A DNA stretch of 64,000 bases from Bispira polyomma. Taxonomy: Eukaryota. A program made the translations under genes and the position numbers. Positions 34,340-47,000 of the stretch are shown here, piece after piece. Where the stretch lies: NCBI GenBank assembly GCA_965649765.1, contig OZ287756.1, positions 10,912,001 through 10,976,000 on the forward strand, given 5' to 3'. The notes below the pieces were generated by a model, which saw only the letters and a program-made list of their open reading frames with translations, searched no databases and was not told the DNA's origin. Within the stretch, counting starts at the first letter, position 1. Every line of letters starts with the position of its first letter.

Positions 34340-35180
34340 TCGGTCTACTTGCTGACTGCCTCTTCTCAGTATTTGTGTAAATTGCTCCAAAGTGAATTTA
34401 AATTCCAACAAAACTGAATTTATTGTCATTGATCATAAGAAACACAGTAAGTATGTAAGATCATTCTTCCCCATTAGACTATTTGGCAATGATATTCAGC
34501 TCTTCGCTAATGTGAAGAACCTGTGTGCTACAATTGACTCCACTTTTTCATTTAATACACAGATCAGCAACATTTGTTGCTCCTGTTAATACCACATTTG
34601 TGACACGAACATAATCAGAAATCATTTGTGACTGGGTACTGCCATTACTGTGGCTAACTCCTCTGTTACCAGCCGTCTAGACTACTCCAATTCCCTTTAG
34701 CTTGGAGCCAAAGAATCTCACATATACCAGTTGCAGTCCATTCAAAACTGTCTGTGTCGAGTCATCTTTTATCTGGGTATCCATATTGATGTATCTCTAT
34801 ACCTAAAAAATTAAGCCCTCATACCATTAAGCATGTCTCTTCTGCAGCCACCTCAAAAGGAAAAAGAGACTTCATGTTTCCTTTGTAAGGTCTACCAAGA
34901 ATGCTGGATCAAGAGCTTTCTCTACCGCTGCCCCTATGTTATGTAATGGTCTTCCAGTTGAGCTAAGATCAGTTGAAACACTTTTTGGTGGTAGAAAAAG
35001 TTTAAAACCCATCTTTTCAAACTCGCCTACCCCTATAGTTCCCTCCCTGTGCACCCCAACATCCTTCCTTATGATCTTGGCTATGTTTTTGCACTTCTTT
35101 ATTGGTTTACTGACTGTTGTTGTGCTTTAGGAAATGCCTCGCATCAATAAGGCATGTTAAAAATCCACAATCCAATACAA
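34340..35180 (+). mobile_element. Old degraded L2 fragment nested in the Academ-like element
   Basis: NLNSNKTEFIVI, SRLDYSNSL and the 3' tail resemble the young L2 copies. Confidence 0.75.
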
Positions 35181-36959
35181 TTATGAATGCAACATGATTA
35201 TGCACAACTTTAGGTTAGTGATACGGTTTGTATTTTAATGATTACTAATTCTTTTTCAATGATTATCATTATCTGAGCTAGTTGTAAAATTATAATACAT
35301 TAAATTTTATTATTGAGAAAAATTATCCATTAGAAGTACTTATTTTATCCCCTAGGTTTTTCAAGTTGCGATGCATATTGTTCAGTATAAAGTATAAGAT
35401 TATGTATAAGTACATGTGTACATGTATTACACATCAACTGAACATTAATTTCATGATCTTTCTAATAGTATGCATGGTTTTCAAAACACAAATAGTTATG
35501 ACCAATTAAATTAATCTTATGTGTGAAACCCTAGAAAAAAAGTTGTAAATGAAATGGCGAAAATACTACCTGCACTAGGGTACATGTACAATATTGTGTC
35601 TTCTTTTCGCAAAAGCTGTCACACATACTATGCTATCATGCATTTTTCAAATCAGTGTATATCTGGCTTTGAAAAAATAGATGCATATCTTCACAAATGT
35701 GGATGTGAATTTTGTTCTGTTGTTTTATAAAATCCTTAATGTACAATAATGTGGTAATAACCCAGTCAGGGTGTGATGGAGAATCTTTTAATTATTGTGC
35801 ATCTGGCATAACATAAACTACATTAATATTTATGTTAAAAGCATCCTTTACAATTAACACTTTGCAAAAAATTACAATGTCATGGTGAATTTTAGCTGGG
35901 GTTTGTATAGTAATTATCTTGAATTTCCATAATATCTTATAAATGTTTTAGGCATGTATTAGAGTGTAAAATACTGAAGAAAATGATATATTACACTTAA
36001 AAATTGATAAAGAAATAACGATTTAATGAGCATTTTTGATATACTCGCATCTGTATGGCGGCCATCTTGAATTTCGGTGAATAAAAAAAATTGCTCAACA
36101 ATGCCAGAGTGGTACCCGTCAGATTATTGATCTAGACCCTCTAAAGATTTGATTTCTGCAAAAAACCCTTGTTCATACTAAATTTCACGCTTCAGCTAAT
36201 TTTGAGGGTTTGTCTACTGGACTACTTATACAGCACTAAAAATCGAGTTTTCTATGCAATAACATTGAATAATGCTTATGATTGATTTTGTGATTTTTTT
36301 TAAAACAGTTGATGGATTAATTTGTTAACTATTACAATATTGAACAGTCCCCATCACTTCCCAAGTCAGTAATAAACTCAATGAGGGTATATATATTTTA
36401 TTATATAAAATGTATTTCTAGACTACAGTCTATTTACATTTCTTCATAGTTTACACAAAATGACTTAAATAATTCCAATATATAAATTTAAAAGTAAAGG
36501 TCATCCTGAACAAAATATATTAATTTAAGTTTATGCTTAAATCTAAATCAACAATGATTGCAGTTTAAGTCACGTGGTAACCTTAAACTGAGTTTAAGGT
36601 TTTTCCACTTTGATGTAGCCCTAACTTAAGGGGCATTAAGGTGAACTTAACTTGAGTTAGAAGTGACCCTAATCTGATGGCCTAAATAATTCTGAGGTAG
36701 TTCAAGTTGACATAGAATTGTACAACCTGTTAACTTTGAATACATTAGATAAAAGCCTCAAACCCAACCATAGGGGTAGCCACATCTATACAGTCTACAA
36801 TAAGCGCTGAAAGGTGGAAACCATTTCAGTGGCGCCCGAATTTGACTGTATATAAGTCTATACACAGTCCGACATCCAGGTGCCATGCTCTTTAATCTGC
36901 TGCACAGGAACCTGTGCCTGGTATGCCAACGTGGCACCTGAACGTCGGAATGCATGAAA

Positions 36960-39900
36960 AGTATAACAATTCGGTGGAAATGCCAATTTAGTATTTATAA
37001 ATGCCTAAGTTTTTCTTATTCTTGAAATCTGTCATCACCTGCCAGCCCTTAGCCGTTTTACACTGGAATAAGGGTTCCGTCTTGCCAGGATTATATAACT
37101 TGAATAGTTTTTTCAAGGCCAAATATGGACATATGGAGGCAGCACCTCACCCTGGTAATGTAATAACTTGTACCTTGTCTCAATTTTGCATAGTTTTTGT
37201 CCATTTTAATAACAATTTTACTGTTTTTTTTTTCGAAAAACACATCTGCCCCAGTGAAATGTCTTGTTGGATCAAATTCTTTAACAGCATGAGGGGCAAT
37301 ATTTGATAATCGCAGAAAACCAAAAAACATGTCAAGAGGATAATCTTGTACACATGTGAGTTACTTATGTGAGCACAATGCTCTACCAATCTCTTTAACT
37401 TGTCTACATCCATTATGTTTCGTTTAATTATGGTATGCTTTCTATTGATCTCAAGTGACTTAACAAAGTACTTTAAAGTATATTAAATATTTGAAATTAA
37501 TCATACACAATACACATGGCTTTAATAGCTGCCAGGTAATTTGCAACCATGTGAACTGATACTTTATTTATGACTAGGTATTATAGAAAGGACATGTCAC
37601 CATTGACATTCAAAGATTCTAAGGCTATCTAGGGTATAGCCAGTGTGCCCTGCTTTGTATAAATGAGGAATCCTAGGCACCCTGCTTGTGTGCTAGGTGC
37701 CACCAGTTTGTTTTGACCTCTAGTGAGTACCAAAGTATTCATAATTTCTTACAAATTTTCAAAAGAACGTTTGGCTAAGAAATTGTTGATGTAGTTAATG
37801 ACACTGGAACCACATTGACGCATAACATAACGTACAGTGTCAGTGACGCGTTGAAAGAATTGGCTTCTGTCATGGCTCAAAAAGGGGAGGCACGTATCAA
37901 TTTATGCAACCTTCCAATTCAATCCTAACAAGTCATAATCGAGGGGGGTCAATTTTCAATTGGCGAAATGCCCTACTCACGTCCAATTTGTAAATATGCA
38001 CCCATTTACCTAGTTTTGTTAACTCTCCAGTGAGGTCGTCAATCGTTGGGAAACTGAGCTTAAAATCCCCCCCCCCCCCCCCCCCCCCCAAGGTAGCTAT
38101 CTTTTTCTAACCCTGAGTTAACTGAATAATCTTTGGGCCAACTCAGGTCTATTATGACATGTCTGTTGTCTGAATTCGGTTTGTGTCTAGTCATGAAATG
38201 GGAATGGTGACCTTTTGCAATTGGGTTTTCTTTGAACGGTCCTATTATTGCCCCATAACTCTTTTCTTCATTCAAATAAGCCTCAACGTTTTTTGAATAT
38301 TTCACCGCCGACTCATGATTGGCCACATCTGATCTCAGTTTACATTTTCTATTGAAACCTAACGGGAATCCAAATTCAATTAGCTGAAGCCATTGTTGGT
38401 CCCAGTAATCTTTTAACATGTGTTGCCATTGACTTATGTGCAATTGTGATACCAGTGGTATTCTCGCAGCCATAAAATTTGGTTTTCCCTCATTGTGTAA
38501 ATCAATTGGACACGCAGTGTTTGCTTTTTGGACATCAATTATACTTGTGAGTGTTTGTTCCGTGATTGGAATGAAGCCAAATTGGAATTCTGATTGCTGT
38601 GTAAACTTGGTAAAACTGACACAGTCCCCCACCACCTGCTTCAATTTTGCCCCCTTGTTATGAAAATATATTGAATGAATGAATTTGTCATCCTCCAACC
38701 CATTGATATCAAACAATAGATTTGTTTTTTTTCTGCCGGGGTATTGTTTACACACACAACTTGTCCTGTTTCTGATGGGGGTGGGGGGAGGAGGTGTGGG
38801 GGGGAATTCCTCTTGTTTGCTTAAGTTTACCCTCTCAGGTATTTCTTTCACTTGGGGAAAAACTGTTTTATTGTCACCACTACCCGTGCTACTACATTTA
38901 TTGTCAATTGGTGCCACGTTTTGAGTGGTTTTGTGCTTAGTTTTGGTATCTGTCAGCCTAACCTTGACCACACTCGCGTCAGACTTAGCCTTGACATTAG
39001 AATTCACTGCCCTAAATGTGCACGCACTACTCTGCAGTGGGCGTGCTAACAAACTTTCAACCACATTTTTTCTGACATTTTTACTATAAAAGTATCTATT
39101 AGCATGTTCTGTGTCACGCTGTATACATTTAAAATTTGCAGAATTATCTGCCTGTTTACAGACCTCTTTATTAATAAGACTGTCACATTTAGTATTCACA
39201 ACACTGTCACCATATGGTTTATCAAGTACACTAAAAACACTGACACTTTCTCTACTTTTCATTGCCTGTAACTGAGTGGCTTTGGTACTAACCCAGCTGC
39301 CCTCCAGTTTAGGACTTAGAGGACAGCTGCTTATTCGCAACACACAATCTTTTTCAGGGTGAGCCACCACCTGTGGCCACACAATTGGAACAGATATGTC
39401 TGTGTAGTTTACCACCAATTTCATGGTCTTTTGTTTGTTGGCAAGTGCTCATCTGATAATATTTACAAAACTATGGTTTTTTGTTGTTGCTGTTTGATTT
39501 ACCCCAATTTTTGATCCCACCAAAACTGTTATGACTAGTGTGTTTTTAGGCATGAGCCCTCCGGATCCGGTGTATTTTGTTTGTATCCTCCCACGTCAGG
39601 GAGCCCCTCTCAATCTTGCATAACAACACGGCATGAGCTGCCTTTGTGCCCTGCCAAGTGAAATCGGTGGCATCCTCCATCAGATCCGACATGTACATGA
39701 TCATTTTATCTTTTACATTTCTATCCGGCTCTTCACTTATGTTTTTGCAAAAAACCCTGAACCCAATGTGATAATGATAGCTGATCATAGGACACCCGAC
39801 TCCTTGTGACCTCCCTAAAATAGATTCTTGAGGCCAGGCTACTTTTTGTTTTACTATAACTTCTACTGCCCCCCTCTTTTTGATTTAATTTTATTGGCGT

Positions 39901-40460
39901 TTTCACTACCTGAAGTTTTGCTGTCCCTTTCCAGATCCCTTAACCTAGAGTCAACCCGCCTGTAGAAGGAAGCTTAGCTTCTTAGTGTAGACAAACTGGG
40001 CAGTACATGTTCTTCTTCCGAGGAATCACTATCAGAGGAGCTTTTACTCACACTACACTGAACATTATGTTTTTTTGCTGTGAATTTTTACTTAACTTAT
40101 GTCCATTCGTCAATGTATCCTTGCATCTGCTGCTACAGGAATCTGCTACCTGTCCCTCGACCACGTCCAATCTTGCATTCACACGCTGTAACTCTTTCAG
40201 TATCTGCATCTGGATACTGTCCTGCTGCTTTCCGTCACTGCCCCCTCCCCCCCCCCCCCCCCCCGTGGAACTCCCCCATTGACTTTCTGACCCTTGTGCA
40301 TTAACATTAGTGTCCATTACTGTGTGGGCCTCCAGTATTGCCTCATCATTACTATTAAAAGTTCCTTTCACATTTTTACGTGTACATTTCTTCCCCGTGG
40401 GGGGGACATGTCTTTCATCACACTTTTTACATAAGGCTTTCGATTGCTTTGGCATTTTCC
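36960..40460 (-). mobile_element. Degraded DIRS/Ngaro-type retrotransposon: gag-like (40455-39546), RT N-terminus (39424-38060), YR fragments (37600-37000)
   Basis: CKKCDERHVPPTGKKC; YMSDLMEDATDFTWQ..KAAHAVLLC..ERG..TW; LIEFGFPLGF..NHESA..GAIIGPF..R.IIDLSWP..SVN; FFGFLRLSNIAPH..FDPTRHFT. Many frameshifts; ends not resolved. Confidence 0.8.
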
Positions 40461-43400
40461 TTTTTTTTATTATTTCTAGTATAATTTAAGTCTCTGTCTC
40501 TGAAAACAAGAATAAACACTGCCACAGGGCTCTCTTCTTACAGCTTCAAGAGTTGGTTTAACTTGGCTGTTTTGACTTTTTGCAAGAATAGGTTAGACCA
40601 TCCTTTAATTCCCGACCCCAAGGGTCAAACCAAGCATGAGGTTGTCAGAAAGGAGCAACTGGAACCACTATCTGTAGAGAAATCGTTCAATTTTTGCACA
40701 CACTCCCTTGCAAATCACTAAAACACTAAAATAGTCCTTGTAGAAAAGTAAACACATAAAATAAACGGCTTGTAAAAGAATATAAAGTGTAACAGAAAGA
40801 AGTCAATATTTTGTGCAACACTGTCTGTGGCTAAATTCAAACTGACTTTTTATTACCTTACAGGGGCTGCTGTTTATTTCCACAGCCAATAAAATTCGTA
40901 GTTTAGCTTTTTACTTAGCACATGGGGGTTGTTTCTTTGTTTAGTCATTTAAGCATTTTTACCTGTATGTTAGTCTGGTACCCTCACTGAGTTTAAGGTC
41001 GTGAAGGACTGACAAGGGCAATGCCTTAACACTGCCCCAAACAACCCCAAACTCTATATAGTGTTTGTTTACGTTTAAGGTTTATATTTTATATTAACTA
41101 TACTTTTTTACAACTTTTTCTCTGAAATATTACATAAATTGAGACTAAAACTATTACAAATTCCTGTAACTACTGTAGTTTTTATATACACATTCATGGG
41201 TGCCAGGTGATACGGTTCATTTTATTACCCAGCCCGTGTCAGCCATGAAAACGTCATCCTGAGGTCACAGTGGATAATAAATAGTTTTATCTCTGTCAGA
41301 TGTCTTTCTTTACATTTTATTTGCTTCCTATTGTGTGCACCACTTTACAACATACATTTCGAAACCAGTCATGTTTACTGGCATGAAACTGTTTTCTCTT
41401 TTGTTCTGTTCATTGCTTTGCAAGCGTTGTGCAATTATGGAGGTATTATGAATGTAAAAACCAACTTACAGACAACTAACAATGTTTCTTACTTGCCCAA
41501 CAATGTCACAATTAAGGTTTAATTAAGATTCAGCTTGTTGTTTCTCGACATCACAGGAACTGTAGTAGCCCCAGTTACATTTAGAAGATAATACTGTTTT
41601 CTTACAGTGGCTGGCATCCGATATTTAAAGAGCCGACTACAGTATTAGTAATAGGAATGTGAACTTTCTGATTCTTAATAGTTTCCATTCAACTTGGTCA
41701 AATTGTGATGATGGTCTCCATTGCAGCGGTAGTTTGGTATAGTGATGTTACTGGAATTAGCAGAGGTAACCCAATGTGTACCGGTAGAAATTAATTTACA
41801 ACAAACATTGCCTAAAATAGTTGATTCAGACATAAGCACAGTTTGGCTTAATTTAGATAAGAACGACAGCAGAGATCAAACTGTTGAAGTTGATCAGAAA
41901 TTCAAGCGCAAAGTAAAAATAGTCGGTTCCCTATGTGGTGTTATCAGTGAATTAACAATGGAAAACAATGAAACGACACAGTTTCCTATGCGGTGGTACC
42001 AGTGAATTAATAATGGAAGACAATGAAAAAATACGGTTTTCGAGTTTTTTACAAGTTAGTGTATCTATGTACAATGTTACAGTAGTTCATATAAAATATT
42101 TAAAATTGTAAGAGATAACTAAGATTTTAAATGAACCTATATATATATATGTAAAAAATAGTACAACAGACCAATAACTAGAACAAACGTATACATTTTT
42201 TAAAACAACTTGTGTATATATCAAAGCATAACAACCCATACGGGAGTGAATACACTGTTAAAACACTTATGAGACTAGCCTGATACCTTCAAATTCAGTT
42301 AAAGTTTGTGTACACATAACAGTATATCAAGATCCACACAGGAATTGTCAAGTCGTTTATGGGACTAGCCTGCTATATTATTTGAGTGTTTACAGGGTAA
42401 TTCCCCAAGTTGTGTCACGAACAATTTAGTGGCCAATAACACAACCCTTGAAACTCATTTATAACACGTGAAACTGTCAATAAATCTGTCAGCAACTTAT
42501 CTACTGATCTTGTTTATATGTTTTAGGTACAGACCCCCAACGTGTCAAAGGCTTTCTGTATGTCAACAATATTTCCCCCATTAAGTTATGGTAACCTCAG
42601 AAATATCTGTCATTTGTTCAAAACTCTGGCTGTCACCCACAAAAACTTATAATTGATGGTATTATTCGATAGTGCATTTTGTCTTACAATACAATACAAT
42701 AGTTTTAGAGGAAAATGGTTTACTGCTTTGAGGAAGTTTGTCTACCTTAAATACCTTAAAGTAGCACACTTCGACACATGTTTCACAGTTTTTGCTGACA
42801 GATTTTGTATGTGCATGCTAGTTTGCCTGTCACTGAGATTTTTTTCAAATTTGAACAATAATCGTTTTATTGTATCATTCGATATCATATATCAAATGGT
42901 TTACTACTTGAAGGAAGTGGCCTTCAATCAATTTATGTGGTTAAATACATATACAGACAGAAATCAATCGTTATTTTTTTTTCACTTTTTATGGTCAAAT
43001 TACCATAAACACTGACAATAATGTCATGGCTTGAACAAGTACCCACACGAATTACAATTTATTTTACAACTTCAATTTATAGTATCAATTTATAGCATAA
43101 TAGTAGTTTGGAAGTTTTTCAGTTGGTTTAACATGTAGTTTTTTCAACACACACCCAATTTTGGGTACAAGTTTGTGTGTATTTACTGTTCCAAGGAAGT
43201 TTTCCTCATACATATAATTTACTTAAATCACATAAATTAGAAGTAAACTTGAAGTAAGCCATGTGTCCAATTTCTGTAAACTCTTACATAACTGCCATGT
43301 TTATTTTAATTTAATGATCACTATATCATTCAATGCTGAACTTTTCTTCTAAAATTTTGATTGCAGCTTGTGTGACATTATATGCATTTTATAACAATAT

Positions 43401-44049
43401 GTCGCAAAATAATTTAAGGGTATGTGTTTCACAGTATCTGCTCTCTTTTTAAGTTTTGACTTTTTAAGTTTTATATAGATCCCTGTTAAGACACCCACAG
43501 GCATTTTTAATAAATTGGACTCGGAACATTATGTCAAACTTACATGGCCAATAATTAAATGTGAGTCCCTTATTGGATGCGGTAAGCAGTCTGTGGTGTG
43601 TGTGTTGGTGACTCCAGCTGTCTGTAACCTATTATCCCAAAATGTTCCTAAATTTCTCAGTGTTGTTATTCTTGTGGTCAAAAGGGTTCAGCCACATACA
43701 CCTTATAATATTGTTTGATTAAACTGAACTCAAACAAAAAAAGAACTAATTAAAGAAACCAGCCTATCGTCTAGGTCACAGTTAATGGGATTCATGGTTA
43801 TCCTCATCAAATACTTGTTTTAGTGGGTTGTTTTTGACACAACCCTCCTTCTCTATTGTCTTGTTTTTCTTGGGCCTTAAGGTACAGTGAATTAAGATTT
43901 ATCTTTATGCTGTTGATGTCATTTAAGGCAGCTGATATTGTACCTGATTTGGCCACTGCCTTCTTAAGGACTTTACAATGTGAGAGAACTATGTGGGGAC
44001 ATTGCTGTTGTCAATGTGTTGTGACTCTGAACACTCTAACTTTATCAAA

Positions 44050-47000
44050 ATGACTAAATTGTCTGGCTATTGGACTATGGTTGGATTTTGTGCTTTAATA
44101 TTAACATTAAGTTTGTTGACAAGTATTATTTGTTGGGACTTAAACTACTCACAGAATCGGCTACAAACGGATGAGGTGAGTATGAAAAGGATGGTTCATT
44201 ATATGTATTTGTGATCATATGGCCTAGTGGTTAGGGAGTTGTTTGGTGATTCAAAAATTCTTGGTTCAACTCCCAGTGCTGGAGTTGGTTTGATAATTGG
44301 GAGGTCCCGGGTTGGATCCCTGCTGATGTTTATTAATGGAAAAACATCCTCTGGCAGGAAGTAAACATGCCATTGACCACTAATGCCCTCACCCTTCTAG
44401 ACCTCTCGGCTGCTTTCGACACTTGATCATGTCCTGCTCTGCGACACTCTCAAGCAGTGGTTCGGTATAAATGGCAGTGTCCTTAAATGGATCAGATCCT
44501 ACCTTACTCTTAGAGCACAAAGAATTAAACTAGATGATCACCTATCATCTTCCATAAAACTTCCATATGGAGTACCCCAGGGATCCGTCCTTGGTCCTCT
44601 ACTTTTCACCCTTTATACACATCCTCTCAGCACTGTCATCAATAAACACAATATAAAGCACCACATGTATGCAGACGACACTCAAGTCTATCTCTCACTC
44701 AATCCACAAAATGCAGATACTAACATAGACCTACTTGCAGACTGTCTGTCTGATGTCCAGGCGTGGATGAACTACTCCAAACTAAAGCTTAACCCGGACA
44801 AAACAGAATTCATCCTCATAGGAAACAAGAAAAACAGTGAACTCCTAAAATCTTTGTTTCCCATCTCCCTGCTGGGAAAAGACATACTACCTTTCGAAAA
44901 TGCTAAAAACCTGGGTGTCACTTTTGATTCAGCTTTTTCGTTCAATACGCATGTTGCCAACATCTGTCGCTCCTGCTATTACCACATACGTGACATCAAA
45001 AGAATCAGAAACCACTTGTCCATGGACACAGCGATAACTGTGGCAAATGCCCTTGTGAGTAGCCGCCTCGACTACTGCAATTCTCTCTTGTACGAAGCAA
45101 ACAAGTCAAACATTAAAAAGCTCCAGTCCATCCAAAACTACCTATGTAGGGTCATTTTTCGCCTGGGTTGTCGCACAGATGTCACTCCTTACCTCAAAAA
45201 ATTACACTGGTTGCCCATTGAATCTCGAATTTTGTTTAAGATTCACGTTACCACTTTTAAGGCTGTAGTCACTCAACAGCCACCCTACCTTGCCTCCCTT
45301 CTTTCCTTCAGTAACCGTAAGAGAGGAAACAGACTCTCTGTCACTTCGGTCAGACCAATCAGAAAGGCGGGTTTCAGAGCATTCTCCACTGCAGCTCCAC
45401 GGTTATGGAACAGTCTCCCAGTCGACCTCAGATCAGTTGATACGCTTATCGGTTTTAGGAAAAAGCTTAAAACCTATCTTTTTAATCTTGCCTACCCACC
45501 TTAGCTTTCCTCGTGCACGCTCCCACTTCCTTCCTTACGACTTTGCAATTCCCACGGACTTAATGATTGGACTAATGATTCTGCTGTTGCGCTTTAGAAG
45601 ATGCCTAGCATCAATAATAATAATAATGACGACCAAGGCTCTGTGGAAGGATGCAGGATTTACTGATTCATTGATTGAGTTGTTGCACTTTAAAACATGG
45701 TGTTTAAAATACACACTACAATAATACAACATTTTATTTGAATTTGTACATAGATTAAACATTGTTATAACATATATGGAGCTCAAAACATAGTATACAT
45801 TTAAAGAGGAATTATTGAACATGTGAACAAATAATTATATACAAAAAATGCTTATTTCATCATTTATACAGCTTCATATTATAATAACCCACCGCCAATT
45901 TGAACTCATTACTGCAGAAACATGTCTTATCTTCTTTTAATACTGTTAACTTTTTAACGACAGATATATTTAATCCATACGTAATATAAATTGCCTTCAT
46001 AAGAATGAATTGCCTCACAGATTTCCACCAAATTACAATTTGTTTACGTCTTCTGAAGAGAGATCCGATGGAACACAACCACATAATGATATACAGTATG
46101 TTTTAATTGGTCTATATTTGAAGAATAGAATAGGACAATATATAAATACACTGAACAATAGGAGTAACTAAAACACACACTGCAGACAACTTAACAGCCT
46201 AGCATACAAGCATACAAGTTGTGAAATGGTGAAGACTTCGGTACTAATAATTTCCTATTACGAAAAACTGAAAGAAAAAAAAAATTATATTTTAGGGTGT
46301 CGACTGCTTCATGACAAACATTGGTCCTGGGAGTAACAAATGCATTTGCTGCTACCTGACAACATAGGGATTGAATGGGTTAAATATCAATGATTCACTA
46401 TAACTAAATTAATTATAAGTAGAGGTAACACTGTTGTTTCCCACCTCTGCAGTCGTGGGTTAGAATCTCAGAAAATATATGACAAAGTTGGTGGACAACA
46501 TGCTGGAGGTAAGTGGTTTCGAGAGATCTGTTTTCTTCCTCCAAAAAGCTGCCCAAAAGTGATTTCAATTCAGCTTGGCTTGTAACACTTTTTATAGGTC
46601 ATATCATGACGGGCAATTTTAATGCTAGATGAAACCAGTGTATACTAGTTGGTCAAGATTCTACACTGTAAACCAGCGACCATTGGCCAGTAACTGTCAA
46701 CTTTATCACTTAAAGCCCTGGCTGAGTTTCAAACTGGTATCATAGACGTAGCAGACATATCATAATGTTATGTCTCCACACTTTTAGGGAGGAAGCCTTC
46801 ACAGACAGGAGGTCATGGTAAAACAAGGTCCATATAAACCGACAAGGTGGAGGAGGTTAACTAAAAGAAGTCCGCATGCCAGCTGGAAGCCCATATTAAG
46901 TTACTTCCCTGTGAAAGAGCTGATATTTGTATTGAATAATCGTTATTCTGAAGTTATTCTAACTGGCATCAAATTTTAAAATAGCGTGATTATATGAATA

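Larger units (their letters stand above)
33745..36224. mobile_element. Non-autonomous Academ-like DNA transposon with ~350 bp TIRs
   Basis: Termini TAGTCCAG...CTGGACTA with a 3-bp CTT TSD (33742-33744 and 36225-36227). Long inverted arms at about 33745-34090 and 35873-36224. Superfamily assigned from the TAG termini and 3-bp TSD. Confidence 0.7.

Noticed and set aside
41742-42005. 87-aa ORF as a small secreted protein gene
   Set aside because: Non-ATG start, no recognisable motif and no supporting splice structure.
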